DNA from: Thermoanaerobaculia bacterium | GTDB lineage: Bacteria; Acidobacteriota; Thermoanaerobaculia; Gp7-AA8 | Length of the DNA stretch: 64,000 nucleotides | NCBI GenBank assembly: GCA_038244815.1 | Contig: JBBRTB010000005.1 | Coordinates: 16,387 to 80,386 of the forward strand | Reading direction: 5' to 3' | Shown here: positions 9,072-17,666 of the stretch, in pieces | How the letters are laid out: every line of letters starts with the position of its first letter | How positions within the stretch are numbered: the first letter of the stretch is position 1 | Program-made: the position numbers and the translations under genes | Notes under the pieces: model-generated | Database searches by the model: none | Told to the model about the DNA's origin: nothing | What the model saw: only the letters and a program-made list of their open reading frames with translations

Positions 9072-9278
9072 TTGAGTATCCGAAACCACATCAAGGAGCT
9101 CCGGACCGAACGAAACTGGACTCAGCAGCAACTCGCTGAGGCGGTTGGGGTTTCGCGTCAGAGCATCAACTCGATCGAGCGCGATCGCTATATCCCGAGC
9201 CTTCCGCTGGCGCTTGCGTTTGCGCGTGTGTTCGGATGTTCGACCGACGACATCTTTGTCCTGGAGAGCGAGAAATGA
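9072..9278 (+). CDS. Small XRE-family HTH transcriptional regulator (YozG-like)
   Basis: 68 aa. LRTERNWTQQQLAEAVGVSRQSINSIERDRYIPSLPLALAFARVF is a canonical Cro/C1 HTH. Confidence 0.85.
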   Translation: MSIRNHIKELRTERNWTQQQLAEAVGVSRQSINSIERDRYIPSLPLALAFARVFGCSTDDIFVLESEK

Positions 9279-9496
9279 TGATCCAGTTCCTGAGCCGCGC
9301 CATCGATGAACGGTTCCTCACGCACAGGCGGCGTTCGACGAGTACGGCCGGCATTGCCTCGGCCCTGTTGTCCGTTGTGCTCTTCGAATATCGATTGCTT
9401 GTCAACCATGTGTGGCGCTGGGATCTGCTGGCCGTAGGGCTCACGTTCGTCGTGATCAAGCTCGGGCTGATGACCTGGTTCTATCTGACTGATTGA
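9275..9496 (+). CDS. Small two-TM membrane protein translationally coupled to the XRE regulator
   Basis: ATGATG at 9275-9280 overlaps the regulator stop (TGA 9276-9278). The 73-aa product has two hydrophobic helices (IASALLSVVLFEY; LLAVGLTFVVIKLGLMTWFY). Confidence 0.6.
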   Translation: MMIQFLSRAIDERFLTHRRRSTSTAGIASALLSVVLFEYRLLVNHVWRWDLLAVGLTFVVIKLGLMTWFYLTD

Positions 9497-9512
9497 TTCA
9501 CGGAGAAAACCT

Positions 9513-9719
9513 ATGAACTTCAAGAATCAGACGTTGTTTCGCATCGGCATGCTCTTGTTGCTCGTCTCTGTCCTTTCGCTGCGCTTCGTACATGCCGGCT
9601 ACGGTGTCAGCGAAGACGTCGCCGACCTCGTGCGCGGACTGCTGTTCGGGATTTCGATCGCATTCAATCTCTGGGTGGTCGTCCGCAGGAGCTGCGAGCG
9701 GAAAGCGTGCAAAGGGTGA
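9513..9719 (+). CDS. Small two-TM membrane protein (hypothetical)
   Basis: ATG is preceded by GGAGAA. The 68-aa product has helices LFRIGMLLLLVSVLSL and LLFGISIAFNLWVVV. Confidence 0.5.
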   Translation: MNFKNQTLFRIGMLLLLVSVLSLRFVHAGYGVSEDVADLVRGLLFGISIAFNLWVVVRRSCERKACKG

Positions 9720-9779
9720 TGTGGCGTGTCGGGGACCACGGCACATCGCTGTCCTCGCGAGGAGCGGCGAGCTTCATTG

Positions 9780-11186
9780 CTAGGATCGACGTTCGTCGAT
9801 CAACACCTGCGCCACACACCCGGTGAGTCTCTTGGCGAACTCGATGTCGAGAAACTCGTTCGGTCCATGCGCATTGCTGCGAGGTCCGAGGACTCCGGTG
9901 ATGAGGAACTGGGCCTCGGGGAAGAGCTCGCCGAGCATGCCCATGAAAGGGATCGATCCCCCTTCGCCGAACGTGGCCACGCCTTTTCCGTAGAACTCCT
10001 TTGAGGCACGATCGATCGACTGCTCCAGCCATGGAGCGAGCTTCGGGGATTCCCATCCGTCGCCGCCCTTTTCCGGTTCGAACGTGACCGTGGCGTTGTA
10101 GGGCGTGTCTTTCTCGAAGAGTGATTTCAGCTTCGCGCTCGCTTCCCTGAGCTTGAGCGTGGGCGGCGTGCGCAGCGAAATCTTGACGGCGGTTTTCGGA
10201 CGGAGCACGTTGCCGGCCTGGACCAGGTCGGGCATGCCTTCCTGGCCGGTGATGGCGAGCGCGGGCCGCCAGGTGCGATTGAGCAGCAGCTCCACCGGAT
10301 CTTTCGTGACCGGCTGCATGCTGCCGATCCAAGGAAACGTATTCCAGATCTCGTCGCCCAGGATCCTGGCCGTTTCCGCGGCCTCATCGACGCGGTGCGG
10401 CGGGATGTCGACCCACAGCCACTCCGGCTTGATGTGGCCGCTGCCGGCGTCCTCGAGTTTCTCGAGCAGCGCGCGCAGGACGCGGAAGCTCGATGGCACG
10501 ATGCCGCTGGCTTCGCCCGAATGCACGCCTTCGGTGAGGACCTCGACGGTGAGGTTGCCGACGATCGAGCCGCGCAGCGATGTCGTCAGCCAGAGCTGCT
10601 CGTAGTTGCCGCAGCCGCTGTCGAGACAGATGATGAGCCGGGGCGTGCCGATGCGTCCGGCCAGCTTCTCGATGTAGTAGGGGAGATCGTTCGATCCGCT
10701 CTCTTCGCAGCACTCGATGATGACGACGATGCGGGCGTGCTTCTCTTTCTGTTGCTGGACCGCCCGAACCGCGGCGATGGAGGCGAAGATCGCGTAGCCG
10801 TCGTCGGCGCTGCCGCGTCCGTAGAGCTTCCCGTCGCGGAGGACCGGGGTCCAGGCTCCCAGCCCCTTCTCCCACCCCACCATGGCCGGCTGCTTGTCGA
10901 GGTGGCCGTACATCATGACCGTGGAGGAGGCGTCGCCGTCGATCTCAATATAGATGAGGGGAGTACGCCCGTCGCTCTCGAGGATTTCCATTTTCATGCC
11001 CTTGACCTGCTGCTGCTCGGTCCAGTGCCGGGCCAGGTCGACGGCCTTGTTCATGTACCCGTTCTTCTTCCACTGGGGGTCGTAGAGAGGCGACTGGTTG
11101 GGGATGCGGATGTATTCCTGGAGCGCCGGGACGATGGAGGTGTCCCAACGGTGCTCCACGTCACGTCGGATTTCTGCAGTGCTCAT
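9780..11186 (-). CDS. M20 family metallopeptidase (dipeptidase-like)
   Basis: 468 aa. Contains MMYGHLDKQP, GRGSADDGYA, IIECCEESGS and the C-terminal GEGGSIPFM...LGPRSNAHGPNE, which are typical M20/DapE-ArgE-type metal and catalytic motifs. Confidence 0.9.
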   Translation of the reverse strand: MSTAEIRRDVEHRWDTSIVPALQEYIRIPNQSPLYDPQWKKNGYMNKAVDLARHWTEQQQVKGMKMEILESDGRTPLIYIEIDGDASSTVMMYGHLDKQPAMVGWEKGLGAWTPVLRDGKLYGRGSADDGYAIFASIAAVRAVQQQKEKHARIVVIIECCEESGSNDLPYYIEKLAGRIGTPRLIICLDSGCGNYEQLWLTTSLRGSIVGNLTVEVLTEGVHSGEASGIVPSSFRVLRALLEKLEDAGSGHIKPEWLWVDIPPHRVDEAAETARILGDEIWNTFPWIGSMQPVTKDPVELLLNRTWRPALAITGQEGMPDLVQAGNVLRPKTAVKISLRTPPTLKLREASAKLKSLFEKDTPYNATVTFEPEKGGDGWESPKLAPWLEQSIDRASKEFYGKGVATFGEGGSIPFMGMLGELFPEAQFLITGVLGPRSNAHGPNEFLDIEFAKRLTGCVAQVLIDERRS

Positions 11187-11207
11187 AGAATCGGGGAGGA
11201 TAGCACT

Positions 11208-11321
11208 GGGGGCCCCGGGCCTGGGTGCTGGGGGCTGGGGGCTTGGTCCTCGGGCCTCGGTTTACTCTCTCTCGGGGATCCGAGCACCGAGCACCGAGGC
11301 CCCAAGGTCTTGGCCGAGGAC
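11208..11321. repeat. Degenerate G-run / heptamer inverted-repeat element in a divergent intergenic region
   Basis: GGGGGCCCCGGGCCTGGGTGCTGGGGGCTGGGGGCTTGGTCCTCGGGCCTCGG ... CCGAGCACCGAGCACCGAGGCCCCAAGG...CCGAGGAC. The arms are imperfectly complementary and several G3-G5 runs are present. Confidence 0.7.
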
Positions 11322-11410
11322 ACTACTTGTGGTACGTTGTTCTACGTCTAAGCACATATTTATATGCGGAAGTGCTTCCGCCAGTTTGGGCGTGAAGCGA
11401 AAGGCAATCG

Positions 11411-12007
11411 TTGCTCGACCAGAACGTACTGCATGACGCCGTGACGTCCACTGAGGACGCCTCCGGGATCGGTGCGATCATCGAGCAGACGGTGGCCGAG
11501 GCGCGGTCGAGCCGCGCGGATGAGGTGGAGGTGCTGTACACGCAGTACCGCACGCTGCTGCTCTCCGTGGCCTGCCGCAAGTTCCGCGTTCCCGACGGCG
11601 ACGCCGAGGGTTTGCTGCAGGAAGTGTTCGTGTCGTTCCTGCAGACCGGAGCGAAGATCGAGAATGTGCGGGCCTGGCTCGTGGCGGCGATCTGCAATGC
11701 CAGCCGTCACTACTGGCGCACGCAGGGACGCGCGGAGCAGTTACCCGCGGATTTCCCCGAGCAGTCGGATCCGGGTTCGCATGCGCTCCCGGAGCGTTTC
11801 GCGCTGGAGATGACGATGCGCCAGGCGTTGCAGTATCTGCAGCCGCGCTGCAGGGAGACGCTTTGGCTGCACTATTTCGAGGGACGTTCGGCCGCGGATG
11901 TGGCGAACGAGCTCGAGACCACGACGCGCTACGCGGAGAAGCTCATTCACAACTGTCTCAAACGTGTGCGCGAGATCTACATGAACATTACGGCGGTGCA
12001 GCGATGA
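11411..12007 (+). CDS. ECF-type RNA polymerase sigma factor
   Basis: 198 aa with a TTG start. Region 2 is EGLLQEVFVSFLQTGAKIENVRAWLVAAICNASRHYWR. Region 4 is CRETLWLHYFEGRSAADVANELETTTRYAEKLIHNCLKRVRE. Confidence 0.85.
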   Translation: MLDQNVLHDAVTSTEDASGIGAIIEQTVAEARSSRADEVEVLYTQYRTLLLSVACRKFRVPDGDAEGLLQEVFVSFLQTGAKIENVRAWLVAAICNASRHYWRTQGRAEQLPADFPEQSDPGSHALPERFALEMTMRQALQYLQPRCRETLWLHYFEGRSAADVANELETTTRYAEKLIHNCLKRVREIYMNITAVQR

Positions 12008-13344
12008 TGCTGGAACGGCACTACGACGAGGAGTCGCTAATCGAGCTTCTTCACTCCGGTGAGGGCTTTGCCGGGAGCGATCCGCATCTGTCGTCCTGCC
12101 CTTCATGCACCGTTCTTCTCGAGTCCTACCGCGTCATCACCGAAGCCCTCGGAGACGGCGAGGTGTGGGCGCCTTCGGAAATCGCGGATGCGCAGGCCGC
12201 TGCCCGTGGCGCGACATCGCTGCGCGCGTTCGCCAGTGCCATGGAGACCGAAGACGATCGCGCCGTGGCCCTGGTCGACGAGCTGCTCCTGCTGCCTCGG
12301 CAGTGGTGGGTGGCCACGGTGGAGCGCGACCAGCGCTACCACAACGCCGGCGTGGTGCGGCGCCTGATCGAGGTGTCGGAAGCGAAGATCGACACGATGC
12401 CCTCGGAGGCTGTGACCGCGGCCGCGGCCGCGATCGCCGTCGGGGACGACATCGGCGATGGCGACGCTCAGATCCATGGAACCGCCTATCGGCAACACGC
12501 ATTCGCGCTGTTCTACACGGGCGACTTCCCAGGGGCTCTCACATCCATCGAGCGAGCGCAGCAGATCTTCGAGCGCACCTCTGTGTCTGAGTACGCGATC
12601 GCGCGTCTCAACATCGTGAGGGCTCTCGTTTACCGCGCACAGGATCGTTTCACGGAAGCCCTTGCTCTGGCCCGGAGTAGCGCGCAGGTGTTCCGTTCAT
12701 TCGGCGACTCACAGCGTCTTGCCTCCGCGATCATGACCGAGGCCGCTCTTCTCATGCATCAGCACAGGTATCGGGATGCGTTGCCTCTGCTGCAGGAGGT
12801 CGAGCGAAAGTATGCTGCTGATCTCGACACTCGTGCCCGAGCGATTCACAACATCGCCATCTGTCAGAAGTTACTCGGGCACATCGCCGAGGCGCTGACT
12901 TCGTATCAGGCTGCCGCGGCCGTCTTCGATGAGCTCGGCTCGGTCACCGATGCTGCTCTGGTTCGCTACAACGTTGCTCTCCTTCTGGTTGGCGAGGGGA
13001 AACGTGAAGAGGGCCGGAAGCGCATGCGGGCCGCTCGCTCAGAGCTTCAGCATCTCGGCATGGTTCACACCGCGGTTGTGGCGAGTCTCGACCTCGCCGA
13101 GCTGGCCGTCCTGGACAGGAACTTCCCGGAAGTGGAACAACTTTGTCGTGTCGCGATGACGCCGTTCGAGACAGCGGGTATCGCTCATTCCAGCGAGGCG
13201 CTGACCGCTCTGACATTCCTACGCGAAGCTGCCGAACAGCGGCGCGCCACGCAGGAGACCGTCTGGCATGTGAGGACCTACCTCAAACGCCTGCCCCACG
13301 AGCCTGCGCTTCTGTTCGCCCCGGCTCCGCTCCCGCCCGCCTGA
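12004..13344 (+). CDS. Cytoplasmic zinc-finger anti-sigma factor fused to a helical-repeat (TPR-like) sensor module
   Basis: ATGATG at 12004 overlaps the sigma stop. The N-terminus has HLSSCPSCTVLLESY (zf-HC2-like). No TM segment is present. The remaining ~350 aa are Ala/Leu-rich helical repeats homologous to the C-terminus of the XRE regulator at 15918-17267. Confidence 0.7.
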   Translation: MMLERHYDEESLIELLHSGEGFAGSDPHLSSCPSCTVLLESYRVITEALGDGEVWAPSEIADAQAAARGATSLRAFASAMETEDDRAVALVDELLLLPRQWWVATVERDQRYHNAGVVRRLIEVSEAKIDTMPSEAVTAAAAAIAVGDDIGDGDAQIHGTAYRQHAFALFYTGDFPGALTSIERAQQIFERTSVSEYAIARLNIVRALVYRAQDRFTEALALARSSAQVFRSFGDSQRLASAIMTEAALLMHQHRYRDALPLLQEVERKYAADLDTRARAIHNIAICQKLLGHIAEALTSYQAAAAVFDELGSVTDAALVRYNVALLLVGEGKREEGRKRMRAARSELQHLGMVHTAVVASLDLAELAVLDRNFPEVEQLCRVAMTPFETAGIAHSSEALTALTFLREAAEQRRATQETVWHVRTYLKRLPHEPALLFAPAPLPPA

Positions 13345-13449
13345 ATTTTTTTTCGCTGGCGGGGTAGGGATTTGGTGACCCCGGTCACTCCTAGCGATGA
13401 GGGCGCCCTCCGAATCGAAAGTTGAACACCGTACCGCTAGGAGGGTGCA

Positions 13450-13650
13450 ATGAGCCGTCGTGTCTCCAAATCTCTGGTAGCGCTTGCCTTTACGTTTGTC
13501 CTCTGCCTTTCCACGCCATCCACGTTCGCAGCTACCCGAGATGGTGGGTTTGATCCCAGCTTCGGCACGCGCATCGTGCGCATCGTGAAGGGATTCTTCA
13601 AGCATCTCGCCCCTGGAATCACGGAGCTGATCTCGATCCCGAAACCGTAA
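13450..13650 (+). CDS. Small exported peptide precursor (66 aa; predicted 39-aa cationic amphipathic mature peptide)
   Basis: GGAGG lies 7 nt upstream of the ATG. The Sec-type signal is MSRRVSKSLVALAFTFVLCLSTPSTFA|ATRD. The mature part contains TRIVRIVKGFFKHLAPGI. The gene lies between the anti-sigma gene and the ABC operon on the same strand. Confidence 0.55.
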   Translation: MSRRVSKSLVALAFTFVLCLSTPSTFAATRDGGFDPSFGTRIVRIVKGFFKHLAPGITELISIPKP

Positions 13651-13704
13651 GCCCACAGGCACGTACAATGGCCCGGCAATTCCACGAAGGAGCTGACCGG
13701 GTCC

Positions 13705-14625
13705 ATGTCCGAAATCCTGGCTGTACGTGACGTCGTCAAGACGTTTGGCGACGTTCACGCCGTTGACGGTGTATCGTTCTCCATCCGCCGCGGTACCATC
13801 ACCGGTCTTCTCGGGCGTAACGGCGCGGGCAAGACCACGATCCTCCGGATGATCACCGGCATCTTCATGCCGGACTCCGGATCGATCGAATGGCGCGGCG
13901 AGGGGAGCGGTACGCCGTTTCGCGACCGCATCGGCTATCTGCCGGAAGAGCGCGGGCTCTACAAGCAGATGAAGATCGTGGAGATGCTGCTTTTCCTGGC
14001 CGAGATCAAGGGAAAGCGGCCTGCGGCCATCCGCCCGGCCATCGACCGCTGGCTGGAGCGCTTCGAGCTCACCGACAAACGCGACGCCAAGGTCGAGGAG
14101 TTGTCGAAAGGCAACCAGCAGAAGATCCAGCTCATCGGCACGCTGCTCCACGATCCCGATCTCATCATCCTCGACGAGCCGCAGTCGGGCCTCGATCCCG
14201 TCAACATGGTCCTGGTCCGCAACCTGTTGCGCGACCTTCGCGACGAGGGACGGACCATCCTTCTCTCCACGCACATGATGGGCGAAGCCGAGAAGATGGC
14301 CGACGACATCATCCTCATCCACCGCGGCCGCGTCGTCCTCGACGGCGACATCGGCACGGTGCGCTCGTCGTTCGGCAAGAACACGCTGCACGTCGACTTC
14401 GAAGGCGACGGCGCGTTCCTCGGCGAGCTGCCGCAGGTGCGCCGAGCCTCCATCGTCAACAACAGTGCCGAGCTGAGCCTGGAAGAGGGGAGCGATCCGC
14501 AGAAGATTCTCGAGGCGACCATGGGCCGGCTGCGGATCCGGCGCTTCGAGATCGCCACGCCGTCCCTCGAGGAGATCTTCATCGACAAAGTCGGGCACGA
14601 ATCGCTCGTGGAGGCCGCCCAGTGA
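13705..14625 (+). CDS. ABC transporter ATP-binding protein (ABC-2/NatA-like)
   Basis: Walker A GRNGAGKTT, signature LSKGNQQK, Walker B LIILDEPQSGLD, H-loop STHMM. Confidence 0.9.
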   Translation: MSEILAVRDVVKTFGDVHAVDGVSFSIRRGTITGLLGRNGAGKTTILRMITGIFMPDSGSIEWRGEGSGTPFRDRIGYLPEERGLYKQMKIVEMLLFLAEIKGKRPAAIRPAIDRWLERFELTDKRDAKVEELSKGNQQKIQLIGTLLHDPDLIILDEPQSGLDPVNMVLVRNLLRDLRDEGRTILLSTHMMGEAEKMADDIILIHRGRVVLDGDIGTVRSSFGKNTLHVDFEGDGAFLGELPQVRRASIVNNSAELSLEEGSDPQKILEATMGRLRIRRFEIATPSLEEIFIDKVGHESLVEAAQ

Positions 14626-15914
14626 AGAAGCTGATCGCCGTGTTCAAGCGGGAGTACCTCTCCGCCGTCCGCAAGAAGATGTTCATCATCATGACCTTCC
14701 TGCTGCCGCTGCTGATCGGCGGATTCATGTACGTCGTCATCGCCATCGCCGGCCGGGGGCTGGGGGTGAAGAAAATCGCCGTGCTGGACGGCACCGGGGC
14801 CCTGCGCGATACGTTCGCCAAGAGCGTGACCGCGAAGAAAGGCAGTCGCGACAGCTCGTCGCTCCTGCAGCCGCAATACGTCGACGCTCATGCCGAGCAC
14901 GACCTCGACGCCGCGGCGAAGCCCTATCTGTCCAGGCTCTCGTCCGACGACAAGAGCAATCGTCTCGACGGAGTGTTCATCGTTCCGTCGAACGCGCTCC
15001 AGAATTCCGAGACTCATCTCCGGTACTACAGCCGGTCGGCCACCGACTTCGTGTCCGAGTCGCAACTGAGCTCGATGACGAACGAGTCCGTGCAGCGCAA
15101 GCGCCTGGCGGCGCGGGGGATGTCGGACGCCGACCTCGATCGCGTCATGAAGCGGATGCAGATCGACGCCGTGCAGATCTCGAAGAGCGGCGAGGAGAAG
15201 AAGGGCGGCGCCCAGAACTTCGTGGTCGGCTTCGTGCTGACGGCGCTGCTGTTCGTGCCGTCCTTCATCTACGGGCTGGAAGTGATGCGCGGGATCATCC
15301 AGGAGAAGACCGATCGGGTCGTGGAAGTGCTCGTCTCCTCGATGTCGCCGACGCAGCTCCTGGTGGGTAAGATTCTCGGCGTCGCGGCGGTGGGTCTCAC
15401 GCAGATCAGCGTCTGGTTCGTGATGGCGGCGCTGGCTGGAACGGCGGGCGCGGCCACGGCCGCGCTGGCCGGCGAGAACATCATGCAGCTCCTGCGGCCC
15501 TCGACATTCGTCTACTTCGCCATCTTCTTTCTCCTGGCCTATCTGACATATGTCTGCATCTACGCGATCGGCGGCGCGATCTGCAATTCGGAGAAGGAGG
15601 CGCAGCAGCTCATCGCCCCGATCACCATGACCATGATGCTGCCGTGGTTCCTGCTGAGCATCATCATCACCAACCCCGACTCGAATCTGGCCATCGGGTT
15701 CTCGCTGGCTCCCGTGTTCGGCCCGCTGACGATGTACGTGCGCACGCTCGTGGCCGAGCCGCCCATGTGGCACATCGTGCTGTCGATCGCCGTCTCGATC
15801 CTCACGATCATGGCCTTCTTCTGGATCACCGTGAAGATCTTCCGCGTCGGCATCCTGTCGTACGGAAAACGGCCGACGATCCCGGAGCTGTGGCGGTGGC
15901 TGAAGGTGGCGTGA
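14622..15914 (+). CDS. ABC-2 type transporter permease (NatB-like)
   Basis: GTG at 14622 overlaps the ATPase stop (GTGA). The 430-aa product has an N-terminal TM, a large external loop, then 5 C-terminal TM segments. The ORF-track start at 13890 is a shadow frame inside the ATPase gene. Confidence 0.85.
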   Translation: MKKLIAVFKREYLSAVRKKMFIIMTFLLPLLIGGFMYVVIAIAGRGLGVKKIAVLDGTGALRDTFAKSVTAKKGSRDSSSLLQPQYVDAHAEHDLDAAAKPYLSRLSSDDKSNRLDGVFIVPSNALQNSETHLRYYSRSATDFVSESQLSSMTNESVQRKRLAARGMSDADLDRVMKRMQIDAVQISKSGEEKKGGAQNFVVGFVLTALLFVPSFIYGLEVMRGIIQEKTDRVVEVLVSSMSPTQLLVGKILGVAAVGLTQISVWFVMAALAGTAGAATAALAGENIMQLLRPSTFVYFAIFFLLAYLTYVCIYAIGGAICNSEKEAQQLIAPITMTMMLPWFLLSIIITNPDSNLAIGFSLAPVFGPLTMYVRTLVAEPPMWHIVLSIAVSILTIMAFFWITVKIFRVGILSYGKRPTIPELWRWLKVA

Positions 15915-15917
15915 GCC

Positions 15918-17267
15918 TCAGTTCTCGGGAGGATCGAACAGGAACGCGTTCGGAACGGATCGCCGCACGAGAGCTCGTGCCTGGTCGATGGCGTCGATTG
16001 TAAGGTTGCCCGAGACCTGACGAAGTAAATCGATCGCCTCGCATGCGGTCACGGGCAGCCCCGCCGCGATGGCCGCGGAAGCCAGTTGCGATGAAAGCTC
16101 ATGCAACTCCCGGGTGCTCGCTCCGCTTGCGGCCTTTACTCTCAAGAGGCGAAGATCGAGCACGATCCCTTCTTTCTTCAACTTCAAATCTGCGAGTTGT
16201 TTTCTTGCGCTCGTGAGAAGTATCACGGCGTCTTCCGGGTGGGTCTCGGCAATGAGTACGGCTCGTCTGAAGTCATCGATCGCGATCTCCGCTCTCTGGC
16301 CAAGCCGCAGATGGATCTCTGCCGCTCGTTCGGTGAGCTGCTTTGCCCGCGGTACGTTTCCGGCCCGATACCAGGCGTAGGCGCCGACGGTGCAGAGTCG
16401 TGCCAGTTCGGTTTCGTCGCCGAATACAGCTACCTTGTGCAGAAGGTCTTCGACCGTGTGAGCGGCACCGAGGGGGTCGTTGGTCATTGCTCGGATCAAA
16501 GCCTCATGATGGTACGTGAGAAGGTGACGCCATGGGTCGACTGACTGGAGTCCGTCCCGGGCGATCAACAGATGCTTCCGTGCCTCATCGAAACTTTCCG
16601 TCAGGGTAAGAACAATGGCGCGCACGAAATGCGCGATGGCTTTCCGATACGGTGGATTGGCACAACTGTCCGCAACGATCTCTGCTTTGTCCAGACAGTC
16701 GAGCGCCTCGTCGTACCGACCGAGCCGCCAGTTGGCATGAGCAAGATCCTTCAGCGCGTCGAAGCGGACCTCTGATGTCGCGGAGTGAATCAGACCAGAG
16801 ACCTGCACCGCTGAGGCGTTGATCGAGTGGCAATGGGCCGGGTCAACATCAAAGATCGCGTCTGCTCGAGTGATCAACTCACGCGCCACGCCCAACGAAT
16901 GGAACCGCTCATCCCTTGCCAGCTTTGATTCCCACGATTCGGGCGGGCTGCCCAGCAGTTCGTCCATGAGATCGGCGGGCCGGGCGGCATTCTTGTCCGG
17001 AAGGTGCGCCGCCTTTTGACGGGTTGACCGAACGGTGCGGGACGAGAGCGCTTCGACGGTGACCCCAAGCGTGGCGGCGATATCGGCGATCGTTTCGAGA
17101 TCGGTGTTGCGGCCGGATTCGATCCAGGCGATCGCCTGTCGAGACAACTTTCGCCGCGACAACTTCTGGCCCAGCTCGGCCTGCGTCCAGCGGTGTTCTT
17201 TTCGCAGGCTCCGGATATTTTGCGCGATGGGTGCCCACGTGACTTGCCCCGTGAAGCGCTTCTTCAC
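15918..17267 (-). CDS. XRE-family HTH regulator fused to a large helical-repeat (TPR-like) sensor module
   Basis: The N-terminus IRSLRKEHRWTQAELGQKLS...SRQAIAWIESGRNTDLETIADIAATLGV is a Cro/C1 HTH. Residues ~100-449 align with the anti-sigma factor at 12004-13344, for example DELLGSPPESWESKLARDERFHSLGVARELI against DELLLLPRQWWVATVERDQRYHNAGVVRRLI. Confidence 0.8.
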   Translation of the reverse strand: MKKRFTGQVTWAPIAQNIRSLRKEHRWTQAELGQKLSRRKLSRQAIAWIESGRNTDLETIADIAATLGVTVEALSSRTVRSTRQKAAHLPDKNAARPADLMDELLGSPPESWESKLARDERFHSLGVARELITRADAIFDVDPAHCHSINASAVQVSGLIHSATSEVRFDALKDLAHANWRLGRYDEALDCLDKAEIVADSCANPPYRKAIAHFVRAIVLTLTESFDEARKHLLIARDGLQSVDPWRHLLTYHHEALIRAMTNDPLGAAHTVEDLLHKVAVFGDETELARLCTVGAYAWYRAGNVPRAKQLTERAAEIHLRLGQRAEIAIDDFRRAVLIAETHPEDAVILLTSARKQLADLKLKKEGIVLDLRLLRVKAASGASTRELHELSSQLASAAIAAGLPVTACEAIDLLRQVSGNLTIDAIDQARALVRRSVPNAFLFDPPEN

Positions 17268-17437
17268 ATTGATATTGTATCGACAGACATCATCTGACGG
17301 GTCTGGGGCCTGAAGCTCTTGACAGATGTCAGATATAATCTTACATTACGAACCATCTCATGAGAGCGTAGGGTTAAACCGTGCGTCGTCGGGGAATGGC
17401 CTCTCAGGCGATGCACACGAACGATGAGGAGTGTCCG

Positions 17438-17650
17438 ATGAAAAGGTTGTTCACAGCGCTTTCGATCGTGATCACCGTGCTAACGATGGTTTCGTTCAAC
17501 GCCACGCCGGCGAAGGCTGGCTGCTTCGAAGCATTCTCGAGAGATATGACTGAGTGCGCGCAAGGGAGAGCCTGGTACGAACGCTCGTTGTGTGGCGCCG
17601 ACGCCGAGCTTGCCCTGGCCGGATGTGTTCGCCGGACGGTGATGGGTTGA
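17438..17650 (+). CDS. Small exported 4-cysteine peptide precursor (70 aa)
   Basis: GAGGAG lies upstream of the ATG at 17438. The signal is MKRLFTALSIVITVLTMVSFNATPAKA|GCFE. The 43-aa mature part has 4 Cys (C-x11-C-x11-C-x11-C spacing). It is divergent from the XRE-TPR regulator. Confidence 0.5.
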   Translation: MKRLFTALSIVITVLTMVSFNATPAKAGCFEAFSRDMTECAQGRAWYERSLCGADAELALAGCVRRTVMG

Positions 17651-17666
17651 CGCCGGAGTTCACCAG

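Noticed and set aside
13219-15773. Very long minus-strand ORFs (13219-14598, 13959-15773) antisense to the ABC ATPase/permease genes
   Set aside because: The translations are Arg/Gly/His/Asp-rich low-complexity sequence with no motifs. They lie opposite genes with unmistakable Walker and ABC-2 features. These are typical shadow ORFs of high-GC DNA.
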